IMG/VR virus record: IMGVR_UViG_3300045988_174428
Origin: a virus
Length of the DNA: 59,578 nt
Direction: 5' to 3' (one strand)
In this document: positions 42,248-51,841 of the stretch, in pieces
How positions within the stretch are numbered: position 1 is the stretch's first letter
Layout: every line of letters starts with the position of its first letter
Translations under genes and position numbers: made by a program
Notes under the pieces: generated by a model
Told to the model about the DNA's origin: nothing
Seen by the model: the letters and a program-made list of their open reading frames with translations, nothing else
Database searches by the model: none

Positions 42248-42529
42248 TTGACGCCCCTGCTCACCACAGTGGGGTCCGTCATCGCCCTCATCACCTCCGC
42301 CCTGGCGGCCTGGGGCTCCTGGATCAAAGTCAGCTCCGACCGCAAGCGGGGCGTGGGCGAGGCAGAGATGGCCCGCTCCAGGTTCGGCCTGGAGAGCCTC
42401 CAGGCGGCCCTGAACACGAAGGACACGATCATTGCCCAGTACCAGGAGGAGAACAACCGCCTACGCATCGAGGTGCATGATCTGAAGGTCGAGGTCGAGC
42501 GCTTGCAGCGACGCCGCAGGAACAACTGA
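42248..42529 (+). CDS. membrane-anchored coiled-coil protein (93 aa)
   Basis: ORF track (TTG start). N-terminal helix VGSVIALITSALAAWGSW, then a heptad-like region and an RRRRNN tail. Confidence 0.5.
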   Translation: MTPLLTTVGSVIALITSALAAWGSWIKVSSDRKRGVGEAEMARSRFGLESLQAALNTKDTIIAQYQEENNRLRIEVHDLKVEVERLQRRRRNN

Positions 42530-42545
42530 GCCGGAACACGAAAAA

Positions 42546-42577
42546 GCCCGCCCCCTCCCCGAAGGAAGAGGGCGGGC
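42546..42577. terminator. bidirectional terminator between the convergent late and early blocks
   Basis: GCCCGCCC(CC)TC...GAGGGCGGGC hairpin. Five A precede it on the plus strand, which gives a U-tract for the minus-strand transcript. Confidence 0.75.
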
Positions 42578-42587
42578 CTCTTGTCGG

Positions 42588-43055
42588 CTACCTCGACATG
42601 CGCTCCAGCAGGCCCTTCAGGCGAAGAGTCATGGCGCAGTAGTGGTAGAGGTGACGTGCGGCGTCGCGCACGTCATCGGCATCCGGCTGGTCCACGGAAC
42701 GGCCGGTCGGCCAGAAGCCGAGCGCCTTCAGCGTGACGTCACGAACCAGGGTCTTGGCCTGCGTCGGCGTCTGGTAGACGATCGGGCGCCTGTCGTAGAT
42801 GTAGTCCATGATCGCGTTGACCTTCACGGGGGTGAGGTCGGCGAGGAACTGGTTGTGCGGGCGCAGGTCGAAGCGCTCGCCGACGACGACGTCCGGCTTG
42901 TAGCACCAGATGGCGCCCTTGAGCGTGAACGCCGTGTCGGTGTGGCTCGGGGCGGTGAACTGGTCGTACTCGACGATCTCGACGTCGTCGCCGTCAACAA
43001 CCCCCAGGACCCACCCGGTCGACACCCCCGGGTCGTAGGCGAAGATCCTGGTCAC
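42588..43055 (-). CDS. RuvC-like Holliday junction resolvase
   Basis: ORF track. FAYDPGVSTGW at the N-terminus and DADDVRDAARHLYHY near the C-terminus. Confidence 0.7.
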   Translation of the reverse strand: MTRIFAYDPGVSTGWVLGVVDGDDVEIVEYDQFTAPSHTDTAFTLKGAIWCYKPDVVVGERFDLRPHNQFLADLTPVKVNAIMDYIYDRRPIVYQTPTQAKTLVRDVTLKALGFWPTGRSVDQPDADDVRDAARHLYHYCAMTLRLKGLLERMSR

Positions 43056-43207
43056 AGCGTGCTCACCACCAACCAGACAGTGAGGGCGGCGGCCGGGACG
43101 GCCAGCACCTTGATCATGACGCCGACGGGACCCTCGAACGCTTCGGCGATCTCATTCAGCGAGAACGAGAGCATGAACGCCGCAGTGAATGCGAGTGCGT
43201 ACTTCAT
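43052..43207 (-). CDS. tiny membrane protein (51 aa, below the ORF-track cutoff)
   Basis: Hand-translated as MKYALAFTAAFMLSFSLNEIAEAFEGPVGVMIKVLAVPAAALTVWLVVSTL. GTGA and ATGA overlaps with both neighbours. Confidence 0.5.
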   Translation of the reverse strand: MKYALAFTAAFMLSFSLNEIAEAFEGPVGVMIKVLAVPAAALTVWLVVSTL

Positions 43208-43374
43208 CGTCCACCCCCATAGAAGCAGTACGAGGCGAGCACGACGAGCGCCGCGATCGGCGTCGCGAGGAAGTTGAGAACCTGGCTGGCCGTGTCCTCC
43301 CTGCCCCTTGAGGTGATGTCGAAGAGGAAGGAGAGGAAGGCGACCCCAACCAGGGCGATGATGACGTCCTTCAC
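43204..43374 (-). CDS. tiny membrane protein (56 aa)
   Basis: GTG at V26 of ORF 43204..43449. GTGA overlap. Two hydrophobic segments. Confidence 0.5.
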   Translation of the reverse strand: MKDVIIALVGVAFLSFLFDITSRGREDTASQVLNFLATPIAALVVLASYCFYGGGR

Positions 43375-43556
43375 CAGCCCATCACCGCCCCGATGACGCC
43401 GAAGCACACCAGTGCGATCGACAGGCAGCACAGGGCCCGGAACCACCACTTGGAGAAGCCCTCCGCGTGGCCGTCCTCGGCGAACATGTATCCGGCGCTG
43501 AAGAAGAGCATCGGCAGGGTCAGGAGCCAGTAGCCGAACCAGCCTCCGGCGCTCAT
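43371..43556 (-). CDS. tiny membrane protein (61 aa)
   Basis: ORF track. Two hydrophobic helices. Confidence 0.55.
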   Translation of the reverse strand: MSAGGWFGYWLLTLPMLFFSAGYMFAEDGHAEGFSKWWFRALCCLSIALVCFGVIGAVMGW

Positions 43557-43945
43557 GCCTCGATCACCACCGCGTCCTCGCCGCGAAGGTCGCCCGGCTC
43601 AGCCTTGCGCCAGCGCCCGGAGCCCTTGGCGTGCGAGGCGACAGCCCGGCACGCCACCGCCCGGGCGGGGTCGCAGCCCTCCTTGCCGCGGTGCCACGCC
43701 AGGACGGGGATGTCGCCCTTGTCGAACCACACCCGGGTCAGGGCCCTCAGCATGGCGGCCAGCCCGCAGGCCCGGGAGCGCCGGACCCGCTCGGGCTGGG
43801 CGCGGGGGTCGAAGGGGGCGGGCGACCAGATGATGTCGAACTCGTTGACGCCGCCCCACAGCGCCTGGCCGCCGACGTTGTCGATGATGTGCACGCCGTT
43901 GGGGTGCATCTCGATGCGGATCGCAACCTTGCTGCCACGGCTCAC
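43553..43945 (-). CDS. hypothetical protein (130 aa) with DNA-methyltransferase-like N-terminal motif
   Basis: GTG at 43945 in the frame of ORF 43553..44290, with GTGA overlap. VNEFDIIWSPAPF resembles the ..DLI.TSPPY motif IV, but it is degenerate and the protein is too short for a methylase. Confidence 0.45.
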   Translation of the reverse strand: MSRGSKVAIRIEMHPNGVHIIDNVGGQALWGGVNEFDIIWSPAPFDPRAQPERVRRSRACGLAAMLRALTRVWFDKGDIPVLAWHRGKEGCDPARAVACRAVASHAKGSGRWRKAEPGDLRGEDAVVIEA

Positions 43946-44463
43946 GGGTTGTTCCTCCGCTCCGTGTCGACGACGATGCGGGCGCACCAGGCCAGGGCCA
44001 TGGCCGCCACCTGGATGAGCTCGTCGCGCAGCGGGGCCGCATGGCCGACGGGGGTGTCGGCGTCGGGGGTCAGGGCGCGGGCGACCTCGCCGACCTCCTC
44101 GGCCAGGATCACGAACTTCATCTGCTCGGCCACCTCCGGGTTGAAGGGGGTGCGGCCGTGGTGCTTGTCGTAGGCGCGCTGGTACTCGGCGACGACCTCG
44201 TTCTCCAGGACGCGACGCGCCCGGCCCCGACGCCGTCGCAGGCCGTGCAGGGAGGAGCCGTCGGCCTTCTCGTCGAGGTAGGCGATCCACAGGGCGGCGC
44301 GGGCGGCGATGGCGGACAGGGTGAAGCGCTTGGCCCCGCTGCTCCAGGCGGCCGAGGTCAGGAACATGATCTCGGCCAGGTAGTTGTAGGGGTTGACGGT
44401 GTTATGGCCCACGTAGTCGATCTCGTCGACGGCGCGCTCAACGGCCGGGTCGATGTCACTCAT
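43942..44463 (-). CDS. MazG-like nucleotide pyrophosphohydrolase domain protein
   Basis: ORF track. ILAEEVGEVARAL and LRDELIQVAAMAL are typical MazG helices. Confidence 0.6.
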   Translation of the reverse strand: MSDIDPAVERAVDEIDYVGHNTVNPYNYLAEIMFLTSAAWSSGAKRFTLSAIAARAALWIAYLDEKADGSSLHGLRRRRGRARRVLENEVVAEYQRAYDKHHGRTPFNPEVAEQMKFVILAEEVGEVARALTPDADTPVGHAAPLRDELIQVAAMALAWCARIVVDTERRNNP

Positions 44464-45016
44464 CGGTGCTCTCCTTCTTGTCGTTCCCGGCCTCGACCTG
44501 TGCGGCCAGGCGGCGGATGGTGTCGGCGAGCTCGGCGCGCTCCTCGTCGAGGTACTTCAGGTCGCGCTGGGCGCGCAGGAGCTTGAGCTCGGTCTCGTCG
44601 GGCCAGGGGACGGAGGCCTCCACGTATCCGTGGCTGCCGACGTTCTCCGGGTCGACGCAGGTGTTGTAGTACAGGCGCCCGCCCCGGGTGAACAGCATGC
44701 CCGCCAGGGCGGTCACGTTCGTGGTGTCGACACCGGCGGCCTTCAGGACGATCTTGGCGTCGCGGATGAAGGCGTACGGGGCGCAGTCGGAGTGCCGGAT
44801 GTTGTCGTGGATTCCGTCGTAGAGGCGGATCTTGCGCTCCAGGTACCACAGCGCCTTATACAGGTCGGCCAGGGGGTCGGCGCCCCTCTTGCGCCCCTCG
44901 CGGCAGATGTACTTGACGATGTTGCCGGACAGGAAGTCCAGGTGCTCGGTGATCTCGATGACCTCGCGGTCGCCGAGCCTGTAGTGGGGCGGGTGGTTGA
45001 TCATGTCGTCGGACAT
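44456..45016 (-). CDS. DUF3310-like protein (186 aa)
   Basis: MSDDMINHPPHY start in ORF 44456..45463 with GAAGGAGAGGAA upstream. NHPPHY...GNIVKYICR...DLYKALWYL pattern. Confidence 0.6.
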   Translation of the reverse strand: MSDDMINHPPHYRLGDREVIEITEHLDFLSGNIVKYICREGRKRGADPLADLYKALWYLERKIRLYDGIHDNIRHSDCAPYAFIRDAKIVLKAAGVDTTNVTALAGMLFTRGGRLYYNTCVDPENVGSHGYVEASVPWPDETELKLLRAQRDLKYLDEERAELADTIRRLAAQVEAGNDKKESTDE

Positions 45017-45033
45017 GGTTCCTCTCCTTCTTG

Positions 45034-47268
45034 TCATTCCTTGTGGTACCGCTGGCAGGTGTAACCGGCGGCCTTGATCACGAGATCGTCGTCGGCCCAG
45101 GAGGGCGGACGGCACATGATCTCGGACACTTCGGTGACGAGCTCGGCCTCGCTGAGGTCTCGCTTGTCTTGGGGGATCTCGCAGACGACCTCGTCGTGGA
45201 TGTGGGTGACGACGGGCCACCCGGCCTCCTCCAGCCGCCGTAAGGCGGCAACGAGGATGTCGCGTGCGACGGCCTGGACGATGTTCTCGGTGATGATGCC
45301 ACCGTGCAGGGGCTTGTAGGGGACCCGGGCCCTGTCGCCCCCGGTGTTGAGGACGTGGGGCACGAGGCGGGCGGGGCCGAGTGGGGTGCCGTCGACGTCG
45401 AGGGGCTGCTTCCAACGCCGGGTGAGACCGCGGTAGACGATGGGTCTCTTGGAGGGCAGCCACACGTAGCGGTCCTGCCCCTTGACCTCGATGCTGACCA
45501 GGCCGGTGTCGACGGCTCCGCCGGTGTTGATGATGCGCTCCAGCTGCGACCAGAAGCGCCGGACGGCGGGGGACTGGGCCCTCCAGATGTTCACGATTTC
45601 TTGCAGTCGCTTGCGCAGGACGTCCTCGGGGGTGTTCTTGGGCAGGATGTTCCGGCCGCCCATGGCGATCATGGCACCGATACCTCCTCGGTACTGGAGG
45701 GCCAAAGATGCCACCTTCCCGTGCTGCCGGTCAAAACCCTTCTCGGGTCCGCCGAGCTTGGCGGCGGTGGCGACATAGATGTCCTCATCGTTGCGGAAGG
45801 CGTCGATCATCCACTGCTCGCCGGTCAGCCACGCCATGACTCGGGCTTCGATCGACGAGTAGTCGCACACGACGAACGGCCCCATGAGCAGCGGGCGGAT
45901 CAGCTTCTTCAACTCCGGCGAGGGAACCGAACCGCCCTCCAGCAGCCGCCCCACCGCAGCCTCCTCGGCCTGCGTGTCGTAACCGCCCCCGGCCGCCTTG
46001 AAACCGTCGCGGGCGAGATTCTGGAACTGGATGAGCCGACCGGCGAACCTGCCCGTCGACGCGCCGAAGTACTGCATCGTGCCCCGCAGGCGCCCGTCGT
46101 CGTTCGTGGCCCGGATGGCGGCGGTGAACTTCGCGGCGGCCGACACCGCGCACTCCTGGCGCAGCGTGAGCACCCGGCGGACGTCGTCGGGGATCTCCCC
46201 TTCCAGCAGCTCCTTGACCGTGTCCTTGCGCAGGTCCTCCGTGTCGACGCCCCGGCTCTTCAGCCACGCCCTCAGCTGGGCCACCGAGTTGCCGTTGTCG
46301 ACACCGGCGATCTTCTCAATCTCCTTCAGCGCCTCGGCACGGTTGTCCTTGAAGCAGCGCTCAGCGGCCTCGGCCAGCGCGGTGTCGACACGGACGCCCC
46401 GGTCGTTGATCCGCTGGTCCACCTCGTAGACGGCGCGCTCACCTCGGGGGAAGTCGCGTGCGAGCCTCTTGGCGGCGTCGCGCATGGTCTCCACGTCCTG
46501 GTCGCAGTAGGCGCCGAACGCCGCCCAGTCGTCGGGCTTCTCCTCCGCGGTCACCCTCTCGCCCTTGCGGCTGGGCTTGGAGAACAGGTTGATGAGCCGG
46601 GTTCCGGCCTCGTCCTTCTCCTCGGCGCCCATGGCCAGGGCGAAGTCCTTCAGGGAGGAGGGCAGGCCCCACGTGCGGGCCAGGGCGGCGGTGTCGAAGA
46701 ACTGTTCGGGCGGCAGGAACTTCTTCCGGCTCTTGAGACGGGACAGGTTGATGCGCTCGAAGGAGGCGTTGTGGGCGATCTTGAGGACCTTCCTGTCGAA
46801 TAGGCCGGGGATTTCAAGGATCGCCTCGTGCCCTTCGGCTCGGTGCACCCCGCCGTCGTTCAGCGCCCAAGAGCACATGAGGATCCACCAATCCGGGTGC
46901 TCTGTATACTTATACACTCCGCTCTTTGCCAGGTCGACGGGCGAGTAGGTCTCGATGTCGAGCCACAGGACGTCCTGCGTCATCCACGGCGCCCCGCCTT
47001 CTTCCGAAGCGGTCACCGTCCAACGCCCCTGAAGGACGAGCGGCCAGATCTCGTCAAAGCCGCCGTCGGCGGGGGCCGTCCACGGACCCTCGACACCGAA
47101 CAGGCCGATGGCCGGGCGGCGGGGGTCCAGAGGCCAGTCGGGCCCGGCCAGGTCGATGTTACGCCCCATTGCCATCTTGACGTCGCACAGCACCCCCCGC
47201 TGATGGGCGGTAAGGTCACGGGGGTCGGGCACCAGGAACACGGGCTTGGCGGCCCAGAAGTCACTCAT
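45034..47268 (-). CDS. family A DNA polymerase with 3'-5' exonuclease domain (744 aa)
   Basis: ORF track. WLDIETYS (Exo I), KVASLALQYRGG (motif B-like) and THIHDEVVCE (motif C). Confidence 0.85.
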   Translation of the reverse strand: MSDFWAAKPVFLVPDPRDLTAHQRGVLCDVKMAMGRNIDLAGPDWPLDPRRPAIGLFGVEGPWTAPADGGFDEIWPLVLQGRWTVTASEEGGAPWMTQDVLWLDIETYSPVDLAKSGVYKYTEHPDWWILMCSWALNDGGVHRAEGHEAILEIPGLFDRKVLKIAHNASFERINLSRLKSRKKFLPPEQFFDTAALARTWGLPSSLKDFALAMGAEEKDEAGTRLINLFSKPSRKGERVTAEEKPDDWAAFGAYCDQDVETMRDAAKRLARDFPRGERAVYEVDQRINDRGVRVDTALAEAAERCFKDNRAEALKEIEKIAGVDNGNSVAQLRAWLKSRGVDTEDLRKDTVKELLEGEIPDDVRRVLTLRQECAVSAAAKFTAAIRATNDDGRLRGTMQYFGASTGRFAGRLIQFQNLARDGFKAAGGGYDTQAEEAAVGRLLEGGSVPSPELKKLIRPLLMGPFVVCDYSSIEARVMAWLTGEQWMIDAFRNDEDIYVATAAKLGGPEKGFDRQHGKVASLALQYRGGIGAMIAMGGRNILPKNTPEDVLRKRLQEIVNIWRAQSPAVRRFWSQLERIINTGGAVDTGLVSIEVKGQDRYVWLPSKRPIVYRGLTRRWKQPLDVDGTPLGPARLVPHVLNTGGDRARVPYKPLHGGIITENIVQAVARDILVAALRRLEEAGWPVVTHIHDEVVCEIPQDKRDLSEAELVTEVSEIMCRPPSWADDDLVIKAAGYTCQRYHKE

Positions 47269-47830
47269 CGCCGGCCTCCTGCTTCTGCGCCTTGAGACGG
47301 CGGCGCTCCTCGCCCTTGACCCGCCACGGAACCTCGCCGACCTTCTGGCGCACCTCGAACTTGGGGCGGAAGGCGATGTTGTCCGGCCCCCACGGCAGGC
47401 TGCTGTCGGGACGCATGAACGACCAGCCGTCCATGTCGTCGAACGGGGGGAGGTTGAAGTTGGACAGGACCCAGTTGACGGCCTCCGTGCCGTTGGCCCA
47501 CGTCATGCCCCCGGGGCTCTTGCGCCAGTTGTCGGCCCGCTTGAGCAGGGACTTGCGCAGGCGCAGGTCGCTCGCGGCCCGCTGGCGCCCCTTGGCCTTG
47601 ATGCCCGCCTTGCAACCGCACAGCGGCCCTTCGAGCAGCCCCGACGCGGACGCCTGGCTGTGCCGCCCGCAGAAGACGCACTTGATGTCGAACACGGCGC
47701 CGCGGGTGGACGTCCACCCCGCCGGGTCGAGGGACGTGATGCGCCAGTCGCCGAAGCGGTGGTCGAGGAGCGCCCCCAGGAGGGGGTGCGGTGAGTAGAC
47801 GGTTTTGGCCGGCTCTCGGTGGGTGATCAT
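47261..47830 (-). CDS. hypothetical Zn-ribbon protein (189 aa), possibly a degenerate HNH/AP2-type DNA-binding protein
   Basis: ORF track. CVFC...CGC cluster. Sits between the polymerase and primase genes, where homing-endonuclease-like genes often sit. Confidence 0.5.
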   Translation of the reverse strand: MITHREPAKTVYSPHPLLGALLDHRFGDWRITSLDPAGWTSTRGAVFDIKCVFCGRHSQASASGLLEGPLCGCKAGIKAKGRQRAASDLRLRKSLLKRADNWRKSPGGMTWANGTEAVNWVLSNFNLPPFDDMDGWSFMRPDSSLPWGPDNIAFRPKFEVRQKVGEVPWRVKGEERRRLKAQKQEAGDE

Positions 47831-47860
47831 GGTTCTCTCTCTTCTTGTTGTGTTGGTTTG

Positions 47861-50299
47861 CTATGCGTCGGTTACGGTCCGGGCCGTGTAGATGACCTCG
47901 CGGTCGCCGGGGCGGTCGGGGTTGGGCAGGATGTCTCGCAGGGTTCCTTTCTTCTGGCAGTGCATGAGGATTCGGGTGATCTGCTCGGGGCCGTCGAACT
48001 TATTCTGGAACTTGGTGACCAGGGCCGCGTACGACACCCTGTGGCCCGGCTGGGAGGCGACCCACTGCTCGACGTCGGAGACCATCCGGCTGAAGCCGTT
48101 GGAGTCGACCTGGTTGACCAGGGCCTCGGCGCACCTGGCCCACGTTCCGGCCAGGTCGATCGCCTTGACGACGTGGCGCAGCTCAATGGTGTCCTTCATC
48201 TCCGTCATGGCCAGCAGGGCAGCCACCCGCAGGGCGGAGAACGACAGCCGCTCGCAGGTGGGGAACAGGGCCACGGCGTTGAGCGGGTGGTTGGCGGCCA
48301 GGAACGTGACGTCGTAGGCGAAGCACTTCCACCGCTCCAGGGCGTCCTCGTCGCACTTGAGGGGCACGCGCAGGTCGTCGAAGGGCCCCGAAACGGGAAC
48401 AGCGGCCTGGAAGCCCTTGTCCCAGTACTTGACCACAGAGGTCAGGTGGTGGATGAGCATGTCGCGCACCTGGTCGACACGGGCCCGCTCGCCGGTGCGC
48501 CACGCGACGTCGTTGGCCCCGGGTTCGAAGCCCTCACGGGAGTCGACGACGACCAGGCACCGGGGCACGAAACCGGAGATGATGCGCTCCATGGTCAGGT
48601 AGCGGGCGGTGAGGTCGAAGATTCCAGTGCCGTAGAACGACATCTGGTGGTCGACACCGCCCTTTCTGGCCAGACCCCCGGTCTTGCGCAGAATGGCGGG
48701 CACGCGCCCGTCGTAGATTTTGGTGAGCATGGGGATGAAGGAAGCCATGTAGGAGCCCTTGCGGGAGGCGGCGGCGAAGGTGTCCTGGACCTCGTCGACG
48801 CTGAGCAGCGTGGACAGACGGGGCAGGTCCCCCAGCCACTCCTGGAGGGCTTCGGCGGTGGCGTCCTCGGGGGCCTCGTAACCGCTGCTGTCGACACCCA
48901 CCTCCTCAGCCACGTCGTTCAGGACGCCGCGGGCCAGGCGCAGGGCCGTGCTCTTGCGGGACTGCGTGGTGCGCCCCAGGACCAGCCAGTAGAGGTTGAG
49001 GCCCATGTCGGTGAAGGTGAGCGGCAGTTTGGCGTAGCGCGACAGGAGGGCGGAGAGCATGGCCAGGCCGCCCGCCACGGAGAACTCCCAGGGGGCCTGC
49101 GGGGACTTGTGTCCGACCCAGGAGGTGAAGGCGTCGATGAACGTGTCGTTGATGGGCTGCTCCTCGGGGTGGAGGAACTGCACTCGCGTCCAGTACAGGC
49201 CGTTGGCGTCGGCGTCGAGCACGGACGGCAGACGGTCGACGAGCGCTTCGGGCGAGGACTCATCGCCGAACTGGTTGACACCCTCCAGGGGCGTCAACCC
49301 CAGGACCCGGAGGATGTCGGCGTCGTCGTCCATGATGAAGTCCTCGCCGTCGTGGTACTGCCTCCACCTTGCGGCGTCGCGCTGCACCTGCACCCACAGG
49401 TCAATGTCGGGGCGGTTGTCGCGCCGGTACTTGTTGCAGGCGGCCTCGTGCAGGACGAGGTAGCAGGAGCGCGCGTCGAACCCGGCCTCCATGAGTATGC
49501 ACTGGAGGTGGTACATGCGCGAGGACCAGTCGTCGCCGATCTCGGGGCGGATCATGAACAGGTCGTTGGCGACGCTGTTGTTGACCAGGGCGAGCAGGCG
49601 GTAGATCTCGTTGGGGTCCTGCTCCTGGGGAACCTTGGAGTCGAGCTCCTCCTGGGACAGTGGTTCGGCCGGGGGGTAGTGGGCGGCGAACTCGGCGACG
49701 GTGACGGCCTCGCCCTCGCGCTGGATCTCGACCAGGTCGACACCGCCCGCCCCTCTTCTCCTGACGGTCTCCTCGGAGTACTGGGTGACGCGGAATGGGG
49801 CGCCGTATTCTGGCTTCGTGTTGTAGGACCAGGGGACGCGCAGCATTTTGGCCAGGGGCCAGCCGCGGTCCATACCGTCGGCGGCATGAGCGTTGTACAG
49901 CCCGTGCGACAGGTCCTCCATGTCGTTGTTCGACAGGTTCTCGGCGTCGAGGAACCGCCAGTAGCCGTGCCAGTGCCCTGGACTGGTGCGCACGAACGTG
50001 GTGGGGAGGATTGCGAGCTTGGAGGGGTCCATGTCGTCGCCGTCGCAGTAGACGACGTCGCAGCGCAGCACGTTGGCCTTGGTGGCGTGGCGGGGGTCGG
50101 TCAGGGAGGGCGGCTGGGTGAACGTCATGGGCTTGAAGTAGACGTCGCCTGCGCCATTAGCCTCGACGTAGCGTCCCATGGCGGCCTTCTCGTCGGGCCA
50201 GGAGAACCACTTGAAGACGGTGAGGCGCCCGAAGGGGTCCTTGGTGATGATGGGCACCCAGCCGGGGGTGTCGGGCAGTACCTCCTCGAAGAAGGCCAT
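47861..50299 (-). CDS. primase-polymerase / helicase fusion protein (812 aa)
   Basis: ORF track. N-terminal VVYCDGDD...SPGHWHGYW is a prim-pol-like catalytic pattern. The large C-terminal region sits in a D5/DUF3987-type position. Confidence 0.7.
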   Translation of the reverse strand: MAFFEEVLPDTPGWVPIITKDPFGRLTVFKWFSWPDEKAAMGRYVEANGAGDVYFKPMTFTQPPSLTDPRHATKANVLRCDVVYCDGDDMDPSKLAILPTTFVRTSPGHWHGYWRFLDAENLSNNDMEDLSHGLYNAHAADGMDRGWPLAKMLRVPWSYNTKPEYGAPFRVTQYSEETVRRRGAGGVDLVEIQREGEAVTVAEFAAHYPPAEPLSQEELDSKVPQEQDPNEIYRLLALVNNSVANDLFMIRPEIGDDWSSRMYHLQCILMEAGFDARSCYLVLHEAACNKYRRDNRPDIDLWVQVQRDAARWRQYHDGEDFIMDDDADILRVLGLTPLEGVNQFGDESSPEALVDRLPSVLDADANGLYWTRVQFLHPEEQPINDTFIDAFTSWVGHKSPQAPWEFSVAGGLAMLSALLSRYAKLPLTFTDMGLNLYWLVLGRTTQSRKSTALRLARGVLNDVAEEVGVDSSGYEAPEDATAEALQEWLGDLPRLSTLLSVDEVQDTFAAASRKGSYMASFIPMLTKIYDGRVPAILRKTGGLARKGGVDHQMSFYGTGIFDLTARYLTMERIISGFVPRCLVVVDSREGFEPGANDVAWRTGERARVDQVRDMLIHHLTSVVKYWDKGFQAAVPVSGPFDDLRVPLKCDEDALERWKCFAYDVTFLAANHPLNAVALFPTCERLSFSALRVAALLAMTEMKDTIELRHVVKAIDLAGTWARCAEALVNQVDSNGFSRMVSDVEQWVASQPGHRVSYAALVTKFQNKFDGPEQITRILMHCQKKGTLRDILPNPDRPGDREVIYTARTVTDA

Positions 50300-50391
50300 G
50301 GTTCTCTTTCTCTTCCTTCTTTGTTTCCGTCTCTTCCGCGGGGACGACGCGGCCCCGACGCCGTCAGTTTAGCGACGCCGGGGCCCGGTCC

Positions 50392-50661
50392 TCAGTCGAA
50401 GGTCTTGTCGGTGGCGCTCACCAGGCGTACCACGTGGACGGGGTCGGTGCCCTGAGCGTTGGCCCAGAAGGCGTTCTCGTCGTAGCGGCCGTCCCACCAC
50501 TTCTCGTGGCCGCCCTCGGCGCGGCTGTCGTAGACGTCGAGGGTGTCGACGTCGTCGACGCGGTCGTAGCCGCTCTCGTAGCCTCGGACGACGACGATGG
50601 TGTCGCCGCCCTCCTTGTCGCGCATCTGCGTCAGCTTCTCGATGAGTTCGTCGAGGGTCAT
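50392..50661 (-). CDS. hypothetical acidic protein (89 aa)
   Basis: ORF track. Confidence 0.6.
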   Translation of the reverse strand: MTLDELIEKLTQMRDKEGGDTIVVVRGYESGYDRVDDVDTLDVYDSRAEGGHEKWWDGRYDENAFWANAQGTDPVHVVRLVSATDKTFD

Positions 50662-50662
50662 G

Positions 50663-51019
50663 TCAGCCCTCCCTGACGACTTCGCCCTGAACCCAGGCGC
50701 CGGGCTTCAGACTGACGTTCAGAACCTCGCGCTCCAGCCAGTGGAGCAAACCGGGGGTGGCTTCCCACTTCGTTCTGTGCAGCATCCAGAACACACCGGC
50801 GGAAGTCACGACCCGAACCTTGCGCCGACCCCTGCTCGTCTTCACGACGCGCAGCTCGGAGGCATCGGGGGCGAGGCCGTTCAGGAGGTTCAGGGCGTTG
50901 CAGTAGCCGAGGATGTCTCCGATGTCCTTGACGACGAACCAGAGGGATCCGTCCTCCTCCATCACCACCCGGACCGGCTCGTCCTCGTAGTGGAGGGTGA
51001 TCATCGTTGATGCGGTCAT
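50663..51019 (-). CDS. Bro-N domain protein (copy 1)
   Basis: ORF track. PVRVVMEEDGSLWFVVKDIGDILGY pattern. Confidence 0.65.
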   Translation of the reverse strand: MTASTMITLHYEDEPVRVVMEEDGSLWFVVKDIGDILGYCNALNLLNGLAPDASELRVVKTSRGRRKVRVVTSAGVFWMLHRTKWEATPGLLHWLEREVLNVSLKPGAWVQGEVVREG

Positions 51020-51052
51020 GTTGTCTCTCTCTCTTTCTCTTGGTTGGGTTCC

Positions 51053-51841
51053 TTATGCGGGGTTGCCCAGCTTCTCGGCGTAGCGCTCGTTCCAGATGCG
51101 GTCGAGCAGGGGCCGGTCGGCTTCGGTGTAGGCGCAGACCTCACGGACCTGCCCAGAGGGGGTGTCCTGGAGGTACACGCCCGGATCCTTGCCGTCGTGC
51201 TCGTCCCTGTAGGCCTCCTTGACGTACTTGCCGAAAGTAGGGGCATAGCTCCTGAGTTTCTTGCCCGACACCCCCTTCCCGCGCATGTAGTCCTGAATGT
51301 AGAGCGGTCGTGCCTTCGCCTCGATCTCGGGGTGCTCGCCGCGGGCCTGGGCGAGGATGATGCGGAGCTTGGCCTCCAGGTGGTCCGGGGAGACAGCCCC
51401 CTGGGCGAGCATGTGGATCTCGACGAGCTGACGGGCTCGGGTTAGGGCCCTGTCCTCAGCACTCGGAGTAGGCACCCCGACAGCGCGAGGGTTGATGGCG
51501 GCGCCCTCGTTGAAGTACTTGTCGAGGGCGTCGGCTGCCTCGCACTGGTAGGTGCGTACGAGCTCGCGGGTGTGCTCGTTCTTGACCCGGCCGGTGTCGA
51601 TGGTAGCCAGCCACATGGTGAACGTACGTCGGTCGACAGTGGTCATATCGTACACCTTGCCGTCGGATCCAGTTGTGGGTGTCATACCCACAACTGCCCA
51701 GGACTGACGCTGGAGTCGCTGCAACTGGCCGGAGAAGTCCAGGCCGAGCGAGTCGCAGACGGGACGCAGGGCGACGTAGGCGCCGTCGGCGGTGGTGTAG
51801 ATGGTGGTGTCGTGGAACGGGATCTGTGTGAGTTCCTTCAC
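51053..51841 (-). CDS. antirepressor-like protein (P22 Ant N-terminal-type domain)
   Basis: ORF track. IPFHDTTIYTTADGAYVALRPVCDSLGLDFSGQLQRLQR. Confidence 0.6.
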   Translation of the reverse strand: MKELTQIPFHDTTIYTTADGAYVALRPVCDSLGLDFSGQLQRLQRQSWAVVGMTPTTGSDGKVYDMTTVDRRTFTMWLATIDTGRVKNEHTRELVRTYQCEAADALDKYFNEGAAINPRAVGVPTPSAEDRALTRARQLVEIHMLAQGAVSPDHLEAKLRIILAQARGEHPEIEAKARPLYIQDYMRGKGVSGKKLRSYAPTFGKYVKEAYRDEHDGKDPGVYLQDTPSGQVREVCAYTEADRPLLDRIWNERYAEKLGNPA

